Position numbers and translations under genes: made by a program | The notes under the pieces: model-generated | The model's database searches: none | What the model saw: only the letters and a program-made list of their open reading frames with translations | Told to the model about the DNA's origin: nothing | Source of the DNA: Promethearchaeia archaeon | GTDB lineage: Archaea; Asgardarchaeota; Lokiarchaeia; Sigyniarchaeales; SOKP01 | DNA length: 31,927 nucleotides | NCBI GenBank assembly: GCA_029856105.1 | Contig: JAHQWH010000115.1 | Coordinates: 1-31,927, forward strand | Direction: 5' to 3' | In this document: positions 8,971 to 17,234 of the stretch, piece by piece | Numbering within the stretch: the stretch's first letter is position 1 | Layout of the letters: each line of letters starts with the position of its first letter

Positions 8971-11223
8971 ATGGTTAAAGTAAAGAACCCCGACGAGATA
9001 GCGCAACTCATAACTACCGGTTCATACGAAAAGAAACGGTTATTTAGCATAGTAGCGCATATAGATCACGGTAAAACAACAGCAAGTGATTACTTGTTAA
9101 GGCGTGCAGGTTTAATGAGGGAAGAAGACGCCGGGCAACTTCAGATGACCGATTCTGATGAAGAAGAACAGGCAAGAGGCATAACAATATTTACGAGCGT
9201 AGTTTTACTTGCATTTAATGACCCTAGAAAGCCTGATGATGATGAGCCATATATTCTTCAAATCAATGATACGCCGGGACATATCTCCTTTACTGGAGAA
9301 GTCTCACGTGCTCTTAGAGGGAGTGACGGTGCTATAATTCTCGTCGATGCTTTAGAAGGGGTTATGACTCAAACTGAAACAAACATCCGATTAGCCGTTG
9401 GTGAAGAGTATTGCAAACCAGTTCTTTTTATCAATAAGGTAGATCGTTTAATTAGCGAGCTTAAGTTGAGTCCACAAGACACATTTATGAAAATTGATAA
9501 AATTTCAAAACAAGTAAATGAGCTAATTAAAAAGATTAGACCAGAAGGATCTAAATGGGGCGTTGATTTTGCTAAAAACAGCGTAGCTGTAGGGTCCGCT
9601 AAGCACGGATGGGGTTTTACGTACGAAATATTATTAGAAAAAGGTTTAAAACCACAAGATGTTTTCGCAAAATATACCGAAGGAGACATTCAATGGTTAA
9701 GAGATAATCTTCCACTTGACGAGCCAATGTTAAGAATGGTAGTCGATCATTTGCCCAATCCTGTGGAAGCAGCAAAATATAGGATACCTCATGTTTGGGG
9801 CGGTGATCTCAGTTCAGAACTAGGACAATCGCTTCAGAAGAGTGATCCGAACGGTCCTTTATACGGTATGATTACCAAAATATTTTTAGATCCAAGGAGA
9901 GGATATCAACCAACCTTAATAGGTAGGGTTTTTTCTGGAACGTTCCGACTATCGGACGCTATATATTTGGTAAATAACAGAAGTAGTAATCGAGTAAAAC
10001 GATTGGGGGTCATGGAAATTACAGATCTATTAGATATCCCAAAAATTCCCGCAGGAAATTTATTTGCTTTATACGGTTTTATTTGTCCCTCTGGAGAGAC
10101 ATTTATGGCAGCCAGTGATGTCCCAAAGGATAAAAATGAAGCTAAACTTCTGCCGTCTTTTGAAAAAATCCAATATGCGTGCGAACCCGTAGTTTCAAGA
10201 AGTATAAAACCACGAGACCCTCACGAAATCGACAAATTAGATACGGTAGTAAGTAAGTGGCTTCAAGCAGATCCTACTGCGATGTATCGGCGGGACAAAG
10301 AATCTGGAGAATTCATTCTAAGTGGAATAGATCCGCTTCAAATTGAAATCCTTACCAAACGGATTAATATTCAAGTTCCTATCATAATCGGTGAACCAAT
10401 TATCGTGTACCGAGAAAAAATCACCAAGAAAAGCAAACTATTCCATACTAAATCTGCCAATACTCACAACCGAATCTTGTTATACATAGAGCCTCTAGAT
10501 GAAACAACTGAGAAATTAATCGAAACTGGAAAAATCACTGATTTGATGAATGATAAAGATAGAGCAAAAACTTTAAGGGAAGACGCAGGTTGGGACGCTA
10601 AAGAAGCTAGACGCATAGTAGATGTTTACCAAGGAAGCTTACTTGTGAACGGTACATCTGGTTTACAACGATTTGATAAAGTAAAATCTTATCTAGTAGC
10701 CGCTTTTAGAGATTGGCTTGGAGAGTGTATTCTTGCAAAAGAACCAGCTGCGGGTTTTAAAGTAGTATTTACAGATATGACCATCCACGAGGACACACGA
10801 CATACTTCCTACGGACAAATTGCTGGAATGGCTTCTTCTGCTATGTCTTTAGCAATGTTGGAAGCCGATCCTCATCTTTTTGAACCTATTCAGAGAATTG
10901 ATGTGAAAACACCAGATGGATCAGAAGGACCAGTGAATGCGATTATAACAAAGCGACGGGGTAGAATTACGAACGTAATTCCAGAAGGCGAATATGTTAG
11001 AGTTCAGGGTACGATTCCTGCCGCTGAAACGATTGGTATAGCTGATGATATACGAGGTTCAACTCAAGGACGTGCGTTCTTCGGATACGAATTTGATGGT
11101 TTTGATAAAGTACCTAAAAGTCTAGAAGAAGATTTAATTCTTGAAATCCGTAAACGCAAAAACATGCCTGATCATCTACCTAATTCTTCAAGCTGGGATC
11201 GATTTATTTACAAGAAAACCTAA
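8971..11223 (+). CDS. fusA: Archaeal translation elongation factor 2 (EF-2 family; may be the canonical copy or a paralog)
   Basis: AHIDHGKTT, EQARGITI, DTPGH, NKVD, GSAKHGWG, LFEPIQ, IRGSTQGRA, EIRKRK. ATG 8971 (750 aa) is preferred because the 33 codons from TTG 8872 are AT-rich and do not resemble EF-2. Confidence 0.93.
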   Translation: MVKVKNPDEIAQLITTGSYEKKRLFSIVAHIDHGKTTASDYLLRRAGLMREEDAGQLQMTDSDEEEQARGITIFTSVVLLAFNDPRKPDDDEPYILQINDTPGHISFTGEVSRALRGSDGAIILVDALEGVMTQTETNIRLAVGEEYCKPVLFINKVDRLISELKLSPQDTFMKIDKISKQVNELIKKIRPEGSKWGVDFAKNSVAVGSAKHGWGFTYEILLEKGLKPQDVFAKYTEGDIQWLRDNLPLDEPMLRMVVDHLPNPVEAAKYRIPHVWGGDLSSELGQSLQKSDPNGPLYGMITKIFLDPRRGYQPTLIGRVFSGTFRLSDAIYLVNNRSSNRVKRLGVMEITDLLDIPKIPAGNLFALYGFICPSGETFMAASDVPKDKNEAKLLPSFEKIQYACEPVVSRSIKPRDPHEIDKLDTVVSKWLQADPTAMYRRDKESGEFILSGIDPLQIEILTKRINIQVPIIIGEPIIVYREKITKKSKLFHTKSANTHNRILLYIEPLDETTEKLIETGKITDLMNDKDRAKTLREDAGWDAKEARRIVDVYQGSLLVNGTSGLQRFDKVKSYLVAAFRDWLGECILAKEPAAGFKVVFTDMTIHEDTRHTSYGQIAGMASSAMSLAMLEADPHLFEPIQRIDVKTPDGSEGPVNAIITKRRGRITNVIPEGEYVRVQGTIPAAETIGIADDIRGSTQGRAFFGYEFDGFDKVPKSLEEDLILEIRKRKNMPDHLPNSSSWDRFIYKKT

Positions 11224-11262
11224 AATTTTTTATTATTTCTATTTCTTTTATATTATTTTTAA
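11224..11262 (+). terminator. Possible oligo-T archaeal terminator downstream of EF-2
   Basis: Several T-runs directly after the EF-2 stop codon. Weak evidence given the AT-rich background. Confidence 0.3.
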
Positions 11263-11528
11263 TTACATTTTAGCTCTTAAATAAAGCTTCCTAACTAAAG
11301 CTTGAAACGCTTCAATTACACCTTGACCCGTTAAAGCGCTAGTTTTAAAATAGCCCAGAAATCTATTATCGATTACATATTTTCTTCATATTTCGAAAAC
11401 TGAGTCCCCAAAGTAGAAATATAACTTTTCTGAAATGCATCAATAGTATACTTCTTAATTAACGATGTTTTCCCTACGGCCGGAGCACCAATAATGATTA
11501 TTTTAAATCCAAAAGCTTTTTCAGACAT
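11263..11528 (-). pseudogene. Internally deleted, frameshifted tandem paralog of the adjacent Rab-like small GTPase
   Basis: Minus strand from ATG 11528 reads MSEKAFGFKIIIIGAPAVGKTSLIKKYTIDAFQKSYISTLGTQFSKYEENM* (stop 11373-11375). The -1 frame then reads KYVIDNRFLGYFKTSALTGQGVIEAFQALVRKLYLRAKM* (stop 11263-11265). These align with residues 1-51 and 148-186 of the 11657-12217 protein. Confidence 0.9.
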
Positions 11529-11656
11529 TTTTTTTTGTAAAATCATTTCTTACTTTTTTAATTAGTAATAATTGAATTTTTTAAATCTTCACAAAAAAAT
11601 ATATTCTACATAGTGTTCAAGAGTTTGGATTTGTTGAATAAATAAGGAAATTCAAA

Positions 11657-12217
11657 TTATGTTTTAGTTTTAAAGTAAAGGTCTCTAACTAATTTTTGAA
11701 ATGCTTCAATAACACCTTGACCTGTTAATGCGCTTGTTTTAAAATATCCAATGAAATTATGATCTTTCGAATATTTTCCAACGTTGAAATCAGAATTTAC
11801 TTTATCCTCGTTTAGAGCTAAATCTTTCTCATCAATTAAATCGATCTTATTTCCAAATAGTGCAATTGGAATGTTTCCACAATATTCATTAAGTTCTTTA
11901 AGCCATTTATCAATGTGATCAAAACTCGTTATTTCTTCGGTTGCTTGAGAAAATACAATAATTGCAGCGCTACTTCCATTATAAAACTTACTACGCATTG
12001 TTTCAAAAACATCTTGCCCCGCGATGTCCCATAAATATAATTTAATTTGGTTTCCTTCTACAATCTCTTCGTATTTCGAAAACTGGGCGCCTAGAGTGGC
12101 GATATAATCCTTTTGAAACGATCCAGTAGTATACTTTTTAACTAAAGTTGTTTTTCCAACGGAGGGATCTCCCACTACGGTTATCTTAAATTTATACTCT
12201 TTTTCTTCGTTTGACAT
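11657..12217 (-). CDS. Rab/Ras-like small GTPase (eukaryotic signature protein)
   Basis: G1 GDPSVGKT, G2 YIATLG, G3 WDIAGQ, G4 GNKID, G5 TSALTG. No C-terminal Cys prenylation motif. Confidence 0.95.
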   Translation of the reverse strand: MSNEEKEYKFKITVVGDPSVGKTTLVKKYTTGSFQKDYIATLGAQFSKYEEIVEGNQIKLYLWDIAGQDVFETMRSKFYNGSSAAIIVFSQATEEITSFDHIDKWLKELNEYCGNIPIALFGNKIDLIDEKDLALNEDKVNSDFNVGKYSKDHNFIGYFKTSALTGQGVIEAFQKLVRDLYFKTKT

Positions 12218-12366
12218 AATATTATGTGAAAAAAGGTCTTTATTTAATTATTATTAATAAAATGTTTCAAATTATTTATATATACAAATCTTAACATTTA
12301 AAGAATTAAAGGTTATTATTAATATTATAGGTATTTTTGGAATTAATTAGATTAGATGTGATCGAT

Positions 12367-13284
12367 ATGACCGAAGATCAAGAAAATCAGAACGAAGATA
12401 AAGGCGACGATGATAAACAAGAGTCAACACAAGACCAAAATGATTTAGAAATCTATTTATCAGATATGAAAAATCTCGAAACTGATTTTTCTGATTTGGA
12501 AGATCTAGACCTTGACGAATTAAAAGAAATGCAAGAAGCAATAACAAAAGTTAAAGAACTTGATTCCTTAGAAAACGAAGAAGCTATTGAAGAGGGAATA
12601 TCAAGAGAACTTGAATTAATTGGAACTAAGCTCCAAACAAATGGTCGCGAAGAATACTTAGCACAAAAGGAAGCAATGATTAGTGACTTCTCTGATCTTG
12701 AAGAGATCGATTTTGACGAGCTTCAGGATATGCAAAAAGCTATAGAAACAGTTAAACAAGAGGATAGCCAAGTAACTGGGGAAGATATTATCCAAACTAC
12801 CGTTAGCAAAGGCATATCTTCAGAATTAGAAGAACGAATCAAACAAGAACTTATAGAGCGGAAAAAAGAAAAAGAGAAGGAAATCATAACTCCAGAAAAA
12901 TTTTTAGAGCGTGCCAAGAATAAACGCGATAAAATTTGGTACCATTCTCTTTGTTATTTAGTTTATCAAGCAGAAGATAACATCGCAAGTAAGGTGTTGC
13001 TTTATGATATGCTAAAAGAAGTTACGAGTAAAAGCCCCATTGATCCCATCCCGGAAAATCAATTTTATTTTGGATTAGGTTACATATTGAGACTTACTCT
13101 AAACGATAAGCAAGTTGTTAAATATATGAGAGGAGGTAAATTCAAAATTAATATTGGAATAAAAGGCATCAAAGAAATTTTAGAAGAAGTTGGAGAACCT
13201 ATCAGTACAAGACCTATTCTAAAAGAAGAAGAAAAGAAAAAAATGTACACAGATTTTCTAAAAGACGAATTTCTTGATATATAG
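12367..13284 (+). CDS. Hypothetical protein: acidic N-terminal half with a duplicated motif, possible winged-helix C-terminal domain
   Basis: Long ORF. The motif DFSDLE.(L/I)D.DEL..MQ.AI..VK occurs twice. Start uncertain (TTG 12337 or ATG 12367). Confidence 0.75.
   Translation: MTEDQENQNEDKGDDDKQESTQDQNDLEIYLSDMKNLETDFSDLEDLDLDELKEMQEAITKVKELDSLENEEAIEEGISRELELIGTKLQTNGREEYLAQKEAMISDFSDLEEIDFDELQDMQKAIETVKQEDSQVTGEDIIQTTVSKGISSELEERIKQELIERKKEKEKEIITPEKFLERAKNKRDKIWYHSLCYLVYQAEDNIASKVLLYDMLKEVTSKSPIDPIPENQFYFGLGYILRLTLNDKQVVKYMRGGKFKINIGIKGIKEILEEVGEPISTRPILKEEEKKKMYTDFLKDEFLDI
12481..12760 (+). repeat. Two copies of a ~26-codon intragenic repeat (about 12481-12558 and 12682-12759)
   Basis: TDFSDLEDLDLDELKEMQEAITKVKE versus SDFSDLEEIDFDELQDMQKAIETVKQ. 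Confidence 0.85.
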
Positions 13285-13318
13285 AATTCTTTAATATAAT
13301 AAAAAATGATTAACAGTC

Positions 13319-13942
13319 ATGGTAGATAAACGTTCTCTTTTAATTATTGGGAATAGTAATGTAGGAAAGAGCTCAATAACCAAACTTTTGCTTCCAAATC
13401 CGAGAAAGTTTAAAGGAAAAACAGGTAAACAACCAGGAAGCACTTTGCTAATTAAAACTATAAAGATACCTCAAATGCCGTATGACATTTTAGATTTACC
13501 TGGTTTTGGTTATATGAAAAGTTCTAGCCGACGCAGAGAAGAACACATAAAGAAGCAATTAGTTGTTCACATCGAAAAGCATCATAATGAATACTTTTTT
13601 GGTTTAGTAATAATAAATATTTTAAGAATTGAAGATGAGTTAAAAAAATATCACTTTCAAAGTCAAATTACAATTCCATTAACATTTGAATTAATTAAAT
13701 TTTTAAAAGAATTTGACATCCCTCTTTTGGTTGTTTTGAATAAAATAGATAAAATCTCAGTTTTTGATAAGAAGAGAATAATCTCTTTATTTATTAATTC
13801 CGCCAAGGATTATGGACTAAATCTAATTCATGTAAACGAGAAGATCGATAACGATCGATCTAAAATATCCTATTTAGAATTCTCTGCTTTAAAGAAAACA
13901 AATTTAGACAAACTAAAACGCACTATAAATACACACCTATAA
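13319..13942 (+). CDS. engB: EngB/YihA/YsxC-family GTP-binding protein
   Basis: GNSNVGKSS, GKQPGST, DLPGFGY, NKIDK, FSALKK. Confidence 0.87.
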   Translation: MVDKRSLLIIGNSNVGKSSITKLLLPNPRKFKGKTGKQPGSTLLIKTIKIPQMPYDILDLPGFGYMKSSSRRREEHIKKQLVVHIEKHHNEYFFGLVIINILRIEDELKKYHFQSQITIPLTFELIKFLKEFDIPLLVVLNKIDKISVFDKKRIISLFINSAKDYGLNLIHVNEKIDNDRSKISYLEFSALKKTNLDKLKRTINTHL

Positions 13943-13972
13943 AATTAAGTTTTCAAACTCTTTTTTGTGTTA

Positions 13973-15262
13973 TTATGGTGTTGTTATTTTTGGGTTTTTG
14001 TCTTTATCCCAATTTACAGCAAACAAAAAGTCCCTACTTGCCTTATTTGTGTATATTAAAGAAAAGCCTCCAATCTCTTCGAACTTTAGAGCTAATTCTT
14101 CTAAATATTCATATTCTGGGAAGTAATATTGAAGTGTTTTATCGCTTTTTAGCCTTTCGTTGATCTTAAGAGCTTTTGCTTGTAAAGTAAATCCTTTTAT
14201 TTCAAAAAAATTTGGATTAGCTTTATCAATTAATTTAATATAGTCCTTTATGTAATTTTCAGATAAATTTAAGTTTTTTACAGCTGTTATTCTTATTAAA
14301 CTTCTACAAGACAAACTTTCAACTAAATCTAAGGTGTCTGATATTTTACCCCACCCATTTTTAATCATAGGGCGGCAAACTTTTTTATACACCGTCTCGT
14401 TTGGTGCAGGTAAGGTTATATACAGTTGGGAAGGTAACGAATTTAAACTTTCAATCTTTTCTGGTAGCGTTCCATTAGTTACAATAAATGAAGTCATGTT
14501 GCGATTCCGGAATTCTTCGACCAATCCACCTATTTTGGGATACAATAGCGGTTCACCATCAAGCGATATTGCTGCGTGATTTGGATTCATTGCTTCGCCA
14601 TGAACCTGCATTATCTCATCAGGAGTCGTTAATGCTAAATTGAATAGCTTTACGATTTCGTCTCGTGAATCAATACAGCATGAAATCTCTTTCTCGATTC
14701 TATAATTTTTCAAAGAATCATCTATAGCCGTAATAAATCCTTGATTTTTTAGTAAATTAACAGCGCGGTTAACTTTGTTTTTACTTACATGAAGTTTTCT
14801 CGAAAGTGAATTTGTATTATGCTCTTCATCGTTTGATAACATAAAATTGAGCATATCCACCATAATTTCGTAATTTTCAAGATATCTCCTTAATGGCAAA
14901 TGATTTTTTATAATATCACGCTGATGACGGATCATTTCATCAACTAGATCTTTTGGCTCGTCCGGTTCAACAATAAATTCACCACCTAAACTTCCTTCTT
15001 CAATATCTCTCCAACAAAAAACGCATTGGTGGTTGCAGAACGGCATAGAAGGAGTATTTTGTAAACACCTGTGGCTTTGAATTCCAAAAACTCCTTTATA
15101 ACAATTTCGATTATCTCTACCTGTTAATAATTTTTGTTCTAACCAATGACAAGGTTTAATTGCAGTGTGCTTGTTCCTACCTAATATGCGATATGTCGTT
15201 TTTGTGTATTTTTCAACAAAATCGTTTGTAATTCTATTATTAACAATGTATCGGTTTTTCAT
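13973..15262 (-). CDS. taw1: 4-demethylwyosine synthase Taw1/TYW1 (radical SAM) with an internal insertion
   Basis: HTAIKPCHW, CYK, SHRCLQNTP, radical SAM motif CNHQCVFCWR, HAAISLDGEPLLYP, FIVTNGT, SQLYITL, PNFFEIKG. Confidence 0.93.
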   Translation of the reverse strand: MKNRYIVNNRITNDFVEKYTKTTYRILGRNKHTAIKPCHWLEQKLLTGRDNRNCYKGVFGIQSHRCLQNTPSMPFCNHQCVFCWRDIEEGSLGGEFIVEPDEPKDLVDEMIRHQRDIIKNHLPLRRYLENYEIMVDMLNFMLSNDEEHNTNSLSRKLHVSKNKVNRAVNLLKNQGFITAIDDSLKNYRIEKEISCCIDSRDEIVKLFNLALTTPDEIMQVHGEAMNPNHAAISLDGEPLLYPKIGGLVEEFRNRNMTSFIVTNGTLPEKIESLNSLPSQLYITLPAPNETVYKKVCRPMIKNGWGKISDTLDLVESLSCRSLIRITAVKNLNLSENYIKDYIKLIDKANPNFFEIKGFTLQAKALKINERLKSDKTLQYYFPEYEYLEELALKFEEIGGFSLIYTNKASRDFLFAVNWDKDKNPKITTP

Positions 15263-15420
15263 ATCTGAGTGCCACTTCGAATTCTAGTAGTTTATAATTA
15301 TAGGTAAATGTATTTACTTAAGATATTAAAAATTGTTATTTAAAAATATAAGTAGCTCAGTAATTAGTAAGCGACTTATAAAATATAATTAAAAACGGAT
15401 TTAAATTTTTTCGAACTAAG

Positions 15421-16299
15421 ATGTTAAATAAAATAAAAGGCCAAATGCTTAATTTGGGGTTGAAATTTATCAGCGTTGACGAAAAGATAGTGAGAATGAT
15501 ATTAGAAACTAGCTCTTCAAACATTAATGAGATTGTTATAATGCCCGCAGTTAAGATAGTAATGAAAAAGTTAGTTAATAAGTTACAAAATAAGGTTGTT
15601 CATGGTAGAGTTTACAATGGAATATTAAACGGGATTAGAGTAAGTGTAATTCGTTCTCAGGTAGGTTGTCCAAACGCAGCGCTTACAATAGAATGTTTGA
15701 AACGTTCTAAAGCAAAAGTTATTGTTAGAGTGGATTTTTGCGGAGGTATTTATGGAGATAATACCGGTATTGATGTTGGCGATGTTGTGGTCCCAAAATT
15801 GGCTTACTGCGATGATGGAACGACCCCTCAATATATTAGGGCTAATCAGACGTTATTAAATCAACTAGAATCAATAAGTAATCCTTTATCAACTGTTCAA
15901 AATGTAATTGCAGGAAATCACACTATTTTTATCTCAAAACCAAATGAAATTTTAAAGAATTTATTAATCAAAGAAGCTCGTGCTTTTAATTCTGAAAAAG
16001 CAAAAGAAGTACTTCTTTGGACAACAGATGCGTTATTTTGTGAAACATTTGAATTCGTACGAGCATTAAAAGCAATCAATATCAAAGCAATCGATATGGA
16101 ATCTTCGATTTTATTTTTGTTAGGTCAACTCTATAACTTAAAAACAGCTTCAATTCTTTCAGTATCAGATTTACCAGGCCATCCTCAGTTTGATCTACTT
16201 AATTCAAACGAAATTCATCCTGATATGGAGGTTGGGGTTGATAACGCAATTAAAATTTTAATAAAAACTCTCCCAAAAATACAACACGCTTTAGTTTAA
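15421..16299 (+). CDS. Nucleoside phosphorylase-I (PNP/UDP) family protein, divergent
   Basis: VGCPNAA, RVDFCGG, GDVVVP, DDGTT..Y, WTTDALF, IDMESS, SVSD. Confidence 0.8.
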   Translation: MLNKIKGQMLNLGLKFISVDEKIVRMILETSSSNINEIVIMPAVKIVMKKLVNKLQNKVVHGRVYNGILNGIRVSVIRSQVGCPNAALTIECLKRSKAKVIVRVDFCGGIYGDNTGIDVGDVVVPKLAYCDDGTTPQYIRANQTLLNQLESISNPLSTVQNVIAGNHTIFISKPNEILKNLLIKEARAFNSEKAKEVLLWTTDALFCETFEFVRALKAINIKAIDMESSILFLLGQLYNLKTASILSVSDLPGHPQFDLLNSNEIHPDMEVGVDNAIKILIKTLPKIQHALV

Positions 16300-16305
16300 A
16301 CAAAG

Positions 16306-17208
16306 TCATAAACCATGTAACAATTTAGAAAAGTTAGGTTCTTTGAAAAACTCGTTAAACTTTTTGAGTAGTTCAATATTAACCAAATGTATTTTTTGAT
16401 TTTGTTTATTCTTAATAGGCTTTATTAAATCCAAATCCTTTAACTTTTTCATGTGATATTGAATTGTTCCAGAATAAACATTAAGTATTTCTCCTATTTT
16501 TGAAATGGCAATACCCTCATCTTTAAAAATTTCCTCAATTAATTTTGGGATTAAGGGGTTTGAAAATATCACCTTATACTTATCGTAATCCTCGGGAACA
16601 TCAACCAAGAAATAATGTAATGATTTTCCTATTTTTTTAGATCTAATTAATTTAAATCGTTCTAAAGTCATTATATGTTTTAAAAATGGTGTTCTCGTTA
16701 TTTCTAATTCTTCTTCGACTTTCGCATCTCTAGCGTGAATACCCGGATTATTTTTTATGAATCCTAATATTTTTGATAGTTTTTCGTTATTTAGAATTTC
16801 TAATTTGGTTCTTCTTTCGTTGGTTACAATCCAACTCTTTTCTTCTAAACTTCTAATAGCCAAGAATATTTCTTCTTTGCTATAACCTTTCTTATACGCA
16901 AGTTTTGCTATGCTCTTTGCGTATAACTTTTCAATTATGGGAAATTTCTGCAATTCTGCTTCAGAAGCGACTTCGATATCAAAATCAGCATCGTATCTTT
17001 TTAATTTTAAAATTATTTCTGCTATTTTTAAAACATCCTTCTCTACTTCAGTTAATTCCTCAATTAACTTTCCTTGTTCTGCTATTTTTGTTTTTTTAAC
17101 TGTTTTAACCTCTTGTAAAGGAGCGAAATTTAAACGCCTAAATGAACTTGTCTCTAACTCTTTCATTTTTTTGTTTTCTCCAGTTTCTCTTCTTTTTTCA
17201 AGTGACAT
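16306..17208 (-). CDS. Multi-winged-helix putative transcriptional regulator
   Basis: ILGFIKNNPGIH...HIMTLERFKLI and ISKIGEILNVYSGTIQYHMKKLKDLDLI form tandem wHTH domains. A possible third lies at SKEEIFLAIRSLEEKSWI. Confidence 0.78.
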   Translation of the reverse strand: MSLEKRRETGENKKMKELETSSFRRLNFAPLQEVKTVKKTKIAEQGKLIEELTEVEKDVLKIAEIILKLKRYDADFDIEVASEAELQKFPIIEKLYAKSIAKLAYKKGYSKEEIFLAIRSLEEKSWIVTNERRTKLEILNNEKLSKILGFIKNNPGIHARDAKVEEELEITRTPFLKHIMTLERFKLIRSKKIGKSLHYFLVDVPEDYDKYKVIFSNPLIPKLIEEIFKDEGIAISKIGEILNVYSGTIQYHMKKLKDLDLIKPIKNKQNQKIHLVNIELLKKFNEFFKEPNFSKLLHGL

Positions 17209-17234
17209 TTTTTAAGAAAGTCTTTTTTTTTTTA

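Noticed and set aside
11370-11395. Programmed -1 frameshift restoring the Rab-like duplicate
   Set aside because: No canonical slippery heptamer, and the fused product would still lack G3 and G4.
14618-14890. Intein as explanation of the Taw1 insertion
   Set aside because: No intein N-terminal block and no His-Asn followed by Cys/Ser/Thr at the end; the pattern is HTH-like.
16306-17208. ESCRT-II (Vps22/25/36) identity for the tandem winged-helix protein
   Set aside because: The motifs fit ordinary archaeal tandem-wHTH regulators and no ESCRT or ubiquitin genes are nearby.
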